Shown here piece after piece: positions 50,882 through 60,317 of a DNA stretch of 64,000 nt (the first letter of the stretch is position 1; the number at the start of each line of letters is the position of its first letter). A model generated the notes under the pieces. The model did no database searches. It was not told where the DNA came from and saw only the letters and a program-made list of their open reading frames with translations. A program made the translations under genes and the position numbers. Source of the DNA: a virus. Location of the stretch: the IMG/VR virus record IMGVR_UViG_3300037511_000125, positions 1-64,000 of that record, one strand, 5' to 3'.

Positions 50882-51208
50882 GTGCGCGCTCGCGCCGCCC
50901 TGGATCTTTTAATGCGATACAAAGCACCGTCGACGGAAGACCTGGCGCGACTCAAGGAACAGCTCGGATATACCGGTTCCCGGATGGCCGCATTGTTCGG
51001 CGTGTCGGACGACAATCAATTCCGGAAATATACGGGCGGCAAGGAGCCGCGGAAGGTCAACGCGCAAATGCTGTTCTTTGCTATGGCGCGTTTGGTGCTC
51101 AAGCAAAAGGACATCGAGACGGTATTGGAAAAGATGCGCGAGGTCGGAGCGGACATCGACCTGGACGCGCCATCCACTTCCCGGGCTTCAACTGGCGAAC
51201 CGGAGTAG
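50882..51208 (+). CDS. HTH-type regulator
   Basis: ...LGYTGSRMAALFGVSDDNQFRKYTGG... Start uncertain (GTG 50882 or ATG 50912). Confidence 0.5.
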   Translation: MRARAALDLLMRYKAPSTEDLARLKEQLGYTGSRMAALFGVSDDNQFRKYTGGKEPRKVNAQMLFFAMARLVLKQKDIETVLEKMREVGADIDLDAPSTSRASTGEPE

Positions 51209-51369
51209 TCGCCGCAGCGCTTCTTCTTTCGGCCTGTGGCGGCAACAATCCCAATCCTACGTCTGCTGTAGTGGCGGCATCACCTGTTGCGTTGAGGGGT
51301 GGGACATCTGAACCACCGGTTGTTTCATGCACGACAGAAGCTAGTCGATAGCACGATACATTATGCGGA

Positions 51370-52632
51370 ATGACGCTAAAAAAGAAAGGTCCTAGTAATA
51401 AAATACTAGTATCGTCGATGCTAGGAGATTCTATTGTGAAAAATAAAACATCCGTGGTTGTTGTTATACCGTTTTACAACGGGAGCAAATGGATCGAGCG
51501 GGCCGCGAAGAGCGTATCCGAGCAAACGATCAGTCCGGACGAATTCATTGTTGTTAATGACGGATCAAACGATGCGGAACGGGAAGCTCTGACTCCCATG
51601 GCATCCCAATACGGATTTCGAATCATTGACAAACAGAATGGCGGTCAGGGATCTGCTCGCAATGCTGGCGTCTGGGCATCAACGTCCGAATACATATCAT
51701 TTCTGGATCAGGACGATTACTACCTGCCGCATCACATCGAGGATCTTGTCGAAGCGCTACCGTCCAATGACAGGAGATTGGGTTTCGTATATGCGGACCT
51801 CTGCGAAGGTGATGAGGAGGGCAGGATCGTTCACTCGAATCTGCTGCATCAAATAAAGCACGTCTCACACCCCAAAAAAGGCCATATCGGTGAATTGATT
51901 CGGAACGACCTCTTCATATTGCCATCCGCCTCTCTGATCAAGCGCAGTGCATTTGAGGAGGTTGGCGGGTTCGATCCTCAATTTATGGGATATGAGGACG
52001 ATGATCTTTTTCTGCGGATGTTCCGATCCGGCTTCACCAACTATTTTATAGATAAGCCAGTGACGGTATGGTGCACCCATACTGGCTCCACGTCGTGGAG
52101 CATAAAAATGTCACGCAGTCGCTACAAATATTTCAGAAAACTGACCGAAAACTACCCTGATGATGTCCATAAGGCTCAGTTTTTCATGAGGGACAGTATT
52201 GCGCCACGCTTCGAGCCTGACTTCGTTCGCGAGGCGATCCATGCCTCCAGGAAAAAGCCTGAGCACGCGAAAGAGTATATCGATATTCTTGCCGGGTTCG
52301 TCGGTATCGTCACGGCTAATGATGCCGTCGATGACGAATTCAAGAGGCATCTTCGCCGTTCGTTGTCAGTTGCCAGGGGGGAGGAAATTTCGGTTGAGGA
52401 CTACGGCAAATTCCAGCGCTCGCTCTACGATTGCTATCGGTCCACCTCGTGGAAAATCAGCTCGCCCTTGCGTCTTGCAGCAAAAACACTCACCGGGAAA
52501 CGGTTCATCAGGGATTCGATACCATCGGATGAAAGTGAGGCGATGGATCGATTTATTAGGCTAAGGCGCTCGGTTTCGTGGAGACTAACCGCTCCCGTCA
52601 GATTTGCCAAACGAGCAATCAAAAATGTTTAG
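51370..52632 (+). CDS. family 2 glycosyltransferase
   Basis: VVVIPFYNGSKWIERAAKSVSEQT...VVNDGSND...LDQDDYY (DXD). Visibly lower GC than the flanks. Confidence 0.85.
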   Translation: MTLKKKGPSNKILVSSMLGDSIVKNKTSVVVVIPFYNGSKWIERAAKSVSEQTISPDEFIVVNDGSNDAEREALTPMASQYGFRIIDKQNGGQGSARNAGVWASTSEYISFLDQDDYYLPHHIEDLVEALPSNDRRLGFVYADLCEGDEEGRIVHSNLLHQIKHVSHPKKGHIGELIRNDLFILPSASLIKRSAFEEVGGFDPQFMGYEDDDLFLRMFRSGFTNYFIDKPVTVWCTHTGSTSWSIKMSRSRYKYFRKLTENYPDDVHKAQFFMRDSIAPRFEPDFVREAIHASRKKPEHAKEYIDILAGFVGIVTANDAVDDEFKRHLRRSLSVARGEEISVEDYGKFQRSLYDCYRSTSWKISSPLRLAAKTLTGKRFIRDSIPSDESEAMDRFIRLRRSVSWRLTAPVRFAKRAIKNV

Positions 52633-52891
52633 GGCACAAATGCTAAGACTCGCCAGAATGATCAAGGAACTTGGTGGAACCGTATCTATACGCTTCCACG
52701 AGGGTATTTACGATGCATCCTGCGACGGGGTGCTTCATTACGGCATGACCCCAGAGGGGGCCGTATGGAATGTCCTCAACCAAAAGCGAAGAGCGCGGAA
52801 TCGTGCAGCGCCCACTGAGGCGCGCGAATACCGCGTTAGTCGCTTCTATCAGGTCATTGTCGGGGAAATTCCATCGGCCGGCCAAGGGTGA
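52625..52891 (+). CDS. possible small ORF downstream of GT2
   Basis: MFRAQMLRLARMIKELGG... overlaps the GT2 stop. Weak. Confidence 0.3.
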   Translation: MFRAQMLRLARMIKELGGTVSIRFHEGIYDASCDGVLHYGMTPEGAVWNVLNQKRRARNRAAPTEAREYRVSRFYQVIVGEIPSAGQG

Positions 52892-54688
52892 TCAAGGCAC
52901 CGCCATGCCGGAAGTATTGCTTGTGCCTTGGTCTACGACCGGCGTCGTGCATGTAAGCGCGTTGCCGAGGTTCACGTTCCCGCTAGATCCAGTCTGATAC
53001 CAGATGCACGTCGTCAACCCTCCGATCTGGTTCTGCCCGATCGTAAACTTTCCACCCGCATTGGAGCCCAGGACAATGCCGTTGGTGCCTGTGTTTGCGC
53101 TGTCATCTTTGTTTATGTTGTTCCCGGTGATAGAGCCGCTTGCAGTCGGGCTGATGAAAATAGCGGACGTGTTCGTATGCACAAAGATGTCGTTATGATG
53201 GATCATAACGTTGCCAACGAGACTGTTGATCGATATCTCGTTACCAGAATTTGCGAATTGTGAATCCGATATCTGGAGTTGCGACAATTCACCGGTCGAG
53301 CTGGGCGGAACAAGGAAACCCGTGAAATCGTTCTGAAAATTTGATTGGGTGATTGTCATCCCCTGGCAGAACGATCCATACACCACGCCAGTTCCCAGAT
53401 TATTAAAAACCGATTTGGAAATATTGACGTATATCGCGTACTGGCTGCCATTTCCCTGACAGACCAGACCGGCGCCAGTCGCGGTGGAATTTGCTCCAGC
53501 GCCATAAACGGTAACACTCTCGACATTTACATTGTCCTGACCGTTGATCAGGATTGCATCTGTCCAGAAATGAGATCCGCCGCCCCCGCCATTGTCCGAT
53601 CCTCTAAGCGTGACATTGTAGATGTCACTGCCCGCGAATTGATTCAGAGAACTGGTTTGGGTGAGCAGAATTCCGGAAAAACCTCCGTTTTGACCAGTCG
53701 TAACAGTCATGTCCCTGATATGGGCCGAACTGCCAGGCGCATTGCTAGTAACTACAATGCCGTTATTGGCATTCGGAAAATTCAGGGTGGTTACGTCCTG
53801 ACCGGATCCCCGGATCATGATTGAGGATGGGGCTGTCGGATTGGTGTATGAAGCCGCCGAACTGAATTTATATGTGCCCGGAGGGAAGTCCACGCAAACG
53901 GACCCCGTGGGATTGGCCGCAATTGTCGCAAGGAAAGCCGCGCTGTTGTCGTTCGTGTTGGTGTTGTCGCCCCCATGATCCATGATGGACGGGCAAACGA
54001 GGCTTTTTGCAACATATGCCGTCGTCGCAACTGAGGTGTTATTGGCCCCGCGACTCGCTGTCGGCGCAACCGGGCTTCCCGTAAAGGTTGGCGATGCCAG
54101 CGGCGCGTATGTGCTGGCGGCATTACCTCCGAGCGACGATGCATTGATGGCGGTGTTGCAGCCGAACCCGCTTCCACTCGTCCATTGCAGCGCGCTAGAT
54201 GCGGTGCTGCAGCTCGGGACCGAGGCCGCTACAGGGATTGCGGAAGAAGCTGACGTATTGGCAACAACAGTATTTGCACTTTGGGCGGCCAGATCGCCAA
54301 TCGAGAAAAGTCCCGTAGCGGTAAGCGAGCCCGTGACCGTCAGATTCGAGATGGTAGGAGATGCGCCAAGAACGATGCCACCTGAACCCGTGACCGCCTG
54401 GCCAAGCGCGGATGCTACACCCGTACCCAATCCAGCGAGGCCGGCGACAGGAAGCCCCGTCGCGTTGGTCAGAGTGATTGCCGAGGGCGTCCCAAGGTTA
54501 GGAGTAACCAGCGTAGGTGAATTCGACAGGACAGCCGAACCCGATCCGGTCGAAGTCGTCGCGCCCGTTCCACCATTCGCCGCGCTAAGCGGATTCTGGA
54601 GCGTGAGGCTATTGAACGTGGGAGACGGGAAAGTCTGGGCGAGCGCCACCACCGGCACCAGCAGTGCCGCGAGAATCAGTTTCTTCAT
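52892..54688 (-). CDS. tailspike / tail fibre with a right-handed beta-helix (pectate-lyase-like) domain
   Basis: N-terminal fibre-like Gly/Thr repeats. The C-terminal half has repeated ...N.T...G... rungs. The N-terminus MKKLILAALLVPVVALAQ looks like a signal peptide. Confidence 0.7.
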   Translation of the reverse strand: MKKLILAALLVPVVALAQTFPSPTFNSLTLQNPLSAANGGTGATTSTGSGSAVLSNSPTLVTPNLGTPSAITLTNATGLPVAGLAGLGTGVASALGQAVTGSGGIVLGASPTISNLTVTGSLTATGLFSIGDLAAQSANTVVANTSASSAIPVAASVPSCSTASSALQWTSGSGFGCNTAINASSLGGNAASTYAPLASPTFTGSPVAPTASRGANNTSVATTAYVAKSLVCPSIMDHGGDNTNTNDNSAAFLATIAANPTGSVCVDFPPGTYKFSSAASYTNPTAPSSIMIRGSGQDVTTLNFPNANNGIVVTSNAPGSSAHIRDMTVTTGQNGGFSGILLTQTSSLNQFAGSDIYNVTLRGSDNGGGGGSHFWTDAILINGQDNVNVESVTVYGAGANSTATGAGLVCQGNGSQYAIYVNISKSVFNNLGTGVVYGSFCQGMTITQSNFQNDFTGFLVPPSSTGELSQLQISDSQFANSGNEISINSLVGNVMIHHNDIFVHTNTSAIFISPTASGSITGNNINKDDSANTGTNGIVLGSNAGGKFTIGQNQIGGLTTCIWYQTGSSGNVNLGNALTCTTPVVDQGTSNTSGMAVP

Positions 54689-54694
54689 GGATTT

Positions 54695-54907
54695 TTAGCT
54701 GAGGGAAACGACGCCGCCGTTGTTCCAGAGAACGCCGGCAGTGGTGGGTTTTTCAGTGGGGAGATTGGCCGACCAGGCGGTCGAATTGATGATCGATGCC
54801 AGTTGGGACAGTGGCATGGAGCATTGGGCCATCTGGCCGTTTTGCATCTGCGCAATCGTGACCAGTTCGTCGCCCGTGAGGGCTTGGGGAAGTCCGAATA
54901 TCTTCAT
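54695..54907 (-). CDS. small tail-fibre-associated protein
   Basis: 70-aa ORF between the fibre genes. Confidence 0.45.
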   Translation of the reverse strand: MKIFGLPQALTGDELVTIAQMQNGQMAQCSMPLSQLASIINSTAWSANLPTEKPTTAGVLWNNGGVVSLS

Positions 54908-55111
54908 TTATTCTTTGGGGTCTATGAGTTTTCCGTTGTTGACATTCCAACCATTAGGACTGTTGAAGTGCTTCGCCCATTGCGAATCCGTCATCTGGAT
55001 AAGTTCTTTCTCACCAGGAAGATTCGGGTAATCCAGGATGTCTGTGTCGTACCAGCCAATTACGGGGGCAGGCTGTTCGGCTTTCGGGTCGTATTGTGCG
55101 AATCTCGGCAT
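54908..55111 (-). CDS. tail fibre assembly/chaperone-like protein
   Basis: 67 aa, immediately after the tail fibre gene. Confidence 0.5.
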   Translation of the reverse strand: MPRFAQYDPKAEQPAPVIGWYDTDILDYPNLPGEKELIQMTDSQWAKHFNSPNGWNVNNGKLIDPKE

Positions 55112-55945
55112 TTAATATCCTTTAGCAGTCCACCAGACCGTGTCGCTACCCCCCGAGGGAGCCGCTACGGAAATAGAGAATTGAGTGGTGCTTGTGGCCT
55201 GACCTCCGCAGCATGTGAAGACGGTAAGGTTGATGGCATTTCCGAGGCTGCATGTAAAATTCAAAACCGCATTGGGAAACGCGATCGGGAAGTTCAGGCC
55301 GTTCGTTGTGATCTGAGTAGGGAAAAGTCCATTTCCCCATTGTTCAATGAAGAACCCGGTTGGCGAGTTGGAATCGGGATACTTCTTGAATCCATTGGCC
55401 GAAAGGGAGCTGGGGAATTGACTTGGCAACTGCCCTAGCGGCATAGCCTGTGTCGGCGACACGGCTTGGGCCACATTAAATGTTTCGCTTGATGAACCAT
55501 TAAGCGCCGCGAAATCCGCCTCGGCCTGGCCAAGATTGATTGCCTCATTTGATGTCGCAGCATTCGGCACGACAACCGGGTTATTGAAGGTATTGTTCCC
55601 GGTCCATGTGTTGTTTCCGGATAACTCGGCAAACGACGCCTGCTGGCCCGCAGTGGGTCCGCTAAAGACGAAGTCGCCGACCAGCCACGCTAATGCCGTC
55701 GTTCCTTCCTGAGCGCGCTGAACGGTTAGTGTTGCACTCGATCCTGAAATCGTGATTGCTGTTGCATATACGATTTCATAGTTATTGCGCGTCGCCTGAT
55801 CGTTCAACGTGATCGCAAGAGCAAACCCCGATGGAATGGACGATGGAAGATTGGCCGAACTTGCAAGCGTGATCGTGGTGGCTGTGGTCGACACAGCGCC
55901 AGCCAACGCCGTATTGACGTTGTTCGCAAAAATGAAAGTGGTCAT
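55112..55945 (-). CDS. tail fibre protein
   Basis: Starts at ATG 55945 (MTTFIFANNVNTALAGAVSTTATTITLASSANLP...), a typical fibre N-terminus. Confidence 0.7.
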   Translation of the reverse strand: MTTFIFANNVNTALAGAVSTTATTITLASSANLPSSIPSGFALAITLNDQATRNNYEIVYATAITISGSSATLTVQRAQEGTTALAWLVGDFVFSGPTAGQQASFAELSGNNTWTGNNTFNNPVVVPNAATSNEAINLGQAEADFAALNGSSSETFNVAQAVSPTQAMPLGQLPSQFPSSLSANGFKKYPDSNSPTGFFIEQWGNGLFPTQITTNGLNFPIAFPNAVLNFTCSLGNAINLTVFTCCGGQATSTTQFSISVAAPSGGSDTVWWTAKGY

Positions 55946-55946
55946 A

Positions 55947-56837
55947 TCACGAGATGCAGATAACGCCGCCGTTGACCCAAAGCTGATTCGGGTTGTTCGG
56001 GTTTGTTGTGGGCAAGCCACCGCCGCCGAGTGCGAGAAGCTCTGCGGCGGTAATGGTCCCGAAGAAGACTGGCGCACCCGAGCCTGACCCACCCGGCACT
56101 ACTGCGACAGTGCCGCCGTTGTACCAGATGTCTCCGACCGAAAGACCTAATGATGAAGTCGGATAGTTGAGCGGCGCCGTCATCCACAGCACGCCACCGT
56201 CATTCAGGAAACTCGCCAGGTTGAATTCGATGTTGTACTGGAACGGGAATGAAGCGGTACGACTGGCAAGCAATTCCTGAAGGGCAACCGACACCGAATC
56301 CTGGAACGTCGTAACCGTGAACGTGTTACCCGACACAGTTATCGATGGGGGGTCATTGAGAACCGGATAGTCCGATCCGCCCGCACCGTTGATAAACCGG
56401 TTGACCCGGTTTTTCAGCCAGCCAATGGTGAACATCTGCCCATCGCCTCGATACAAAATCCACGTCAACAATCTTTTATAGATGTCATCCGACGCCACCT
56501 CTGCCGTTCCGGACGCGGAAAAACTCAGGTAGTCATACGGAACCGTGTTGTACGGGAACACGTTGTATCCGGCACGCACAATCGAACTCTGCGTCGAGAG
56601 AACGGGGCGCGTAATGCCATACACGCCCTGTCCAATCCAGTCGAGCAGAGGTCCGTTGATATTGGGTGATGTGTAAAGGCCAAGAGGCGTATTGTTGAAC
56701 CACGACAGGTATCCCTGAGACAGCGAATTAAACCCGTCGACAAAGGCTTGCAGGTTTTGATCATCCGCGTATTCCCGGTACAAATAGCTCGGGATGATCT
56801 GCTGCAATGGCGTGGTTGCAAAAGATTCGACCTGCAT
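55947..56837 (-). CDS. baseplate wedge / fibre-attachment protein (Mu gp48 / P2 I-like position)
   Basis: 296 aa following the J-like gene. Confidence 0.55.
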   Translation of the reverse strand: MQVESFATTPLQQIIPSYLYREYADDQNLQAFVDGFNSLSQGYLSWFNNTPLGLYTSPNINGPLLDWIGQGVYGITRPVLSTQSSIVRAGYNVFPYNTVPYDYLSFSASGTAEVASDDIYKRLLTWILYRGDGQMFTIGWLKNRVNRFINGAGGSDYPVLNDPPSITVSGNTFTVTTFQDSVSVALQELLASRTASFPFQYNIEFNLASFLNDGGVLWMTAPLNYPTSSLGLSVGDIWYNGGTVAVVPGGSGSGAPVFFGTITAAELLALGGGGLPTTNPNNPNQLWVNGGVICIS

Positions 56838-56840
56838 GCA

Positions 56841-58259
56841 TTAGCCTTGATGGACGGTAACGCCGGCCGCCGAGCATGTGAACGCGCTTTCAGGATCACT
56901 CGGAATGATGCTCGTGCCCGCAGTAGGGGAGGCCGGCACTCCGTTGATGGTTACGGCGAACTCCAGTGTCGTGATGTTCTGCGGAGCGATCACCGATGAG
57001 ACTGCGCTCTGAAACGCTGCCGTCATTTCAAGTTCGTTAATCGGCTGACCGACAAAGATGCTATTGATGTAGTTCTGTATCGCTGGAGCCGCCAGTTGCG
57101 CGACGGACGTGCCGCCAGTGAAACTCGGCAGCGTCGTATTCCACGTCACGTCCACAGTCACGATCTGCTGCGGCGGATTGACGAACGTGATTGAATAGGT
57201 ATCCGGATTCTGGAACAGCGAGACAGAGACGTTCCGCGGATTCGGAGACAACGTTGCTCCGCTCACATACGAACCAAAGGCAGAACCGTTCGTCGTCGTC
57301 GTAATTGTGGTGGCCGTGACTGATGCCACGGTGTAAGTCAGGTTGTACGCGGATGGGGTTGCCCCGGTTACCGTGAACGTCTGCCCCGCGATATAGCCGT
57401 GATTGAGGTTGGTTGTGATGACGACCGGATTCGCCGCCGTCATCGCGGTAATGGCGAGTTGCGAACCCTGAAGTACGGCAATGTCCGGAACGCCTTGCAG
57501 AATTGCAGTCGCCACCGAGAATGCATCGCCACCACCGCACACAATCTGCCAGCCGCCGGGCAATTGATTGATCGATACGAGTCGCGCCTGAACGCCAGTG
57601 ATTTTCTCGAGAAGCGTCCGGACGTATGCTGGCGTTCCAGTCGATGCAACCTGTCCAGCCTGAAGCACTCGCGCCCTGTAGTCCTGAACGCTTTCGCTTG
57701 TTGTTGCTGGAGTTCCCGCCTCGGGGTTATTGACGGTGACGTTATAGGCGCTCGGAACCGAGGTAACGATCTGTGTAACCGTATCAGCGGGGATAGCAAA
57801 CGTGCCGCTGTTCGTCGCGACGGCGAAGAGCTGCGGACTGAACCCGCTTGTCTCGATTACACCGCCGTCCTGAAGAGCGTATTGATTCGTACCATCAGAT
57901 ACAAGGAATCCCGGCTGGAATACGTATCCCGCAGGGCCTGCGAACTGGACAAATACGCTACCATTGGCGCCGACACCCTGCGGAATTCCAGCCTGTGCGC
58001 CGAGTTGGGCGAGCAGAAATGCATTAGCTCCATAGGGCGTAACACTGTTGACGGCCTCAACGCGCGCCTGATCGATCGCTACCAGCGCGCCAACGTCCGT
58101 ACCGCTGATGTCATCAATCAGGCCTGCTGGCAGCACCGTATAACCTGGGGACTGCGTGGAGACGTAGTTAATCAGGTTCGCATAGAGCGTTGCCGGCGGC
58201 GTCGTCACCGGGCCAGATGCCGTCATGACCAACGGGATGGACGTGGGGGAAATGGTCAT
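56841..58259 (-). CDS. baseplate J-like protein
   Basis: 472 aa. The call rests on position and size in the Mu-like baseplate order. Confidence 0.65.
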   Translation of the reverse strand: MTISPTSIPLVMTASGPVTTPPATLYANLINYVSTQSPGYTVLPAGLIDDISGTDVGALVAIDQARVEAVNSVTPYGANAFLLAQLGAQAGIPQGVGANGSVFVQFAGPAGYVFQPGFLVSDGTNQYALQDGGVIETSGFSPQLFAVATNSGTFAIPADTVTQIVTSVPSAYNVTVNNPEAGTPATTSESVQDYRARVLQAGQVASTGTPAYVRTLLEKITGVQARLVSINQLPGGWQIVCGGGDAFSVATAILQGVPDIAVLQGSQLAITAMTAANPVVITTNLNHGYIAGQTFTVTGATPSAYNLTYTVASVTATTITTTTNGSAFGSYVSGATLSPNPRNVSVSLFQNPDTYSITFVNPPQQIVTVDVTWNTTLPSFTGGTSVAQLAAPAIQNYINSIFVGQPINELEMTAAFQSAVSSVIAPQNITTLEFAVTINGVPASPTAGTSIIPSDPESAFTCSAAGVTVHQG

Positions 58260-58603
58260 GTCGCAATGGTTTGATTGATGATTGCACCGCTATGGCACAC
58301 GGCATTTACTTGGTAGACGGGCGGGAAAGAGGCGGGGACTCGCGTGATCGTCAACGACGCGAAATACTGTGCGAAGTACTGCTGTATCTGCGTTACATAG
58401 AAGTCCGGGAAAACCTGGGTCACGATCGTTTGCATCTGCGGGATGCCAACATTCGCGAAAAATGGCGATTCTCCGAGATTCAGTTTCAGCGCCTGAACCA
58501 GAGTAGTCAGATAAATGTTGTCGAGGAATCCGTTTGCATCTGGCGTTACCTCAATCCACTGGTATGTGCCGTCTTCGTTAAAAGCTCTTCCCCACGTTCT
58601 CAT
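58256..58603 (-). CDS. small baseplate protein (gp25/W-like position)
   Basis: 115 aa, coupled to the J-like gene. Confidence 0.5.
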   Translation of the reverse strand: MRTWGRAFNEDGTYQWIEVTPDANGFLDNIYLTTLVQALKLNLGESPFFANVGIPQMQTIVTQVFPDFYVTQIQQYFAQYFASLTITRVPASFPPVYQVNAVCHSGAIINQTIAT

Positions 58604-58618
58604 TTAAGTGACCTATGT

Positions 58619-59272
58619 ATGTCAGAGACATATCCACCAAGCTTTTTCGCGCACGAATCCCTCGCGAAACTTTCTCGCGAATATCTGGTTATCGTGCTGT
58701 TCGTAAAAAGCCGATCGGACGCGTTTCCGTGGGCGTTTGAGGTGGCGAGCAGGGCAACTCTGTTTGTCGAGCGCGATCTGCAATCAATGAAGGTGTATGT
58801 CGCCGCCTTTATCGCCACCTTTGAAGGGGCGACACAGGCAATGGATTTGATCCACTACGTTCGAGGCTGGAAAGGCACACACTTTTACGCGCAAGGGCGC
58901 ATGGTTATCGGAGAAATGGAGCAGGCTTTTCATCTCGAGGCTGTCTTGCGATGCTTCGCCGACTCATGCGCCACTCGGGACTACCGTGCGCATTGCTTCC
59001 GCCTCATCGACAATCCATTTGAGCCATTAGCTCCATACCGCAACTTCGATCACGTCGCGCCGTATTTCAGGCACTACGAGGCTAAGGCGGATAACGGGAC
59101 ATACGTTTTCCCTTGTCGCCACATGCTCAAATGGTTTCGAGCACAGGAAGACCATCCGGCATCCATACCGGACCAGATTCAGGCGGAAGGCGTCGAGAAG
59201 TACTGCGATGTCTGCCCGCGATTCGAACCCGATGATTTCGGGGTGACCATCATTAAAAGGAAACTGAAGTGA
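58619..59272 (+). CDS. unknown cytoplasmic protein, first gene of the antisense cassette in the baseplate operon
   Basis: I start it at ATG 58619 (MSETYPPSFFAHESL...), because the 5' part of the track ORF is antisense to 58256-58603. Lower GC. Cys/His-rich C-terminal half. Confidence 0.55.
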   Translation: MSETYPPSFFAHESLAKLSREYLVIVLFVKSRSDAFPWAFEVASRATLFVERDLQSMKVYVAAFIATFEGATQAMDLIHYVRGWKGTHFYAQGRMVIGEMEQAFHLEAVLRCFADSCATRDYRAHCFRLIDNPFEPLAPYRNFDHVAPYFRHYEAKADNGTYVFPCRHMLKWFRAQEDHPASIPDQIQAEGVEKYCDVCPRFEPDDFGVTIIKRKLK

Positions 59273-59607
59273 ATCGAATTCTCATCCCGGCCATAGTCGG
59301 TCTGATTTCCATCAATGCACACGCCGTCGATCTGGCTGGAATTCCGCAGAACTGCCAGGCACCCTTGGCACACGACATGGAAATGGAGAACATCCCCTAC
59401 CTTCTCGATCTCGGGCAGAACGCGGCGCGCATCACCCTGATCGAAACAATAGGTGGGACGCCGGCCTACCAGTACGCGCCGGGCCAGTATCGGATTGATT
59501 GCTTCATCACCGTCCACTGGAGCAACGGGGTGACTGATTACGGCTTCAAATTCAGCATGTGGCAGGATCGGTACGGCCAGCTAAAGGGAACCTACTCCCA
59601 GCATTAA
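59269..59607 (+). CDS. small secreted protein, second gene of the cassette
   Basis: The GTG overlaps the upstream TGA (GTGA). Signal peptide MNRILIPAIVGLISINAHA. Confidence 0.55.
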   Translation: MNRILIPAIVGLISINAHAVDLAGIPQNCQAPLAHDMEMENIPYLLDLGQNAARITLIETIGGTPAYQYAPGQYRIDCFITVHWSNGVTDYGFKFSMWQDRYGQLKGTYSQH

Positions 59608-60317
59608 GGAGTAACTGGACCGCCCGTGTCCGTCTCGGGATTGCTACCCGGAATGTACGGGTGAACGTGATCCTCGAACACAACGCCATTGCCCATCGTT
59701 GCACCGGCAGCACCAAATGTGAACGTCTTCCCGCCCGCGGTAATGGTCACGCCATCAGCATTAAGCATCAGCGAAGTCACTCCGCCGAAGTTGAGCAATA
59801 TCTGCGTCTCTTCGACTACCGCAGTATTGGAGCCGAATGTCGCCGTCGTCCCGGACTGGTTCGTTACGACCGATGATGTTGTGCCTTGCGTCGTTCTGCT
59901 GATAACACCATTGGGGCCTTGAATCTGGGCGGCATTCTGGTCGATCGGACCCGAACCGGAGTTGCTGACCGGCACGAAAACAAGTGCCGTCAGGTTGGCG
60001 CGTTGCGTCAGCGTTGCCGTCCCGCCACCCAGGCCGGAAACTCCGCCGAGATACGTGTCAGCGGGCATCGTGACGCCCTTATCGCCCACCTGGGTCGGCA
60101 TCCGTATCCACGGGCTTTCTGCCTTGGGGATCGTGATGTTCGGCAGCGCCTGAACTGAATCGCTCACTTCGAATGCGACCGTTACGATTGAGCCCGACAC
60201 GCTCACTACCCGACATGGAAGCGCGCGACCGAGTTTCTGAATCGCCTGCTGCGCCCGATTGATTGCAAGCTGGTTCGCGCTCTTCTGCACCCATAGCTTG
60301 TCGTAGTTATCGGCCAT
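59604..60317 (-). CDS. baseplate central spike / gpV-like (Mu gp45-like)
   Basis: N-terminal OB-like ...LPCRVVSVSGSIVTVAFEV... and a C-terminal beta-helical Gly/Thr repeat. Confidence 0.6.
   Translation of the reverse strand: MADNYDKLWVQKSANQLAINRAQQAIQKLGRALPCRVVSVSGSIVTVAFEVSDSVQALPNITIPKAESPWIRMPTQVGDKGVTMPADTYLGGVSGLGGGTATLTQRANLTALVFVPVSNSGSGPIDQNAAQIQGPNGVISRTTQGTTSSVVTNQSGTTATFGSNTAVVEETQILLNFGGVTSLMLNADGVTITAGGKTFTFGAAGATMGNGVVFEDHVHPYIPGSNPETDTGGPVTP

Noticed and set aside
50866-51351. 161-aa ORF with a good SD and a C-terminal lipobox-like segment.
   Set aside because: The first about 110 residues are off-frame junk overlapping the better HTH ORF. Only the last part looks real (LLLSAC), so it is probably a start-less lipoprotein remnant.
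58271-58618. The 5' third of the 333-aa plus-strand ORF.
   Set aside because: It is antisense to the baseplate gene 58256-58603. The credible protein begins at ATG 58619.
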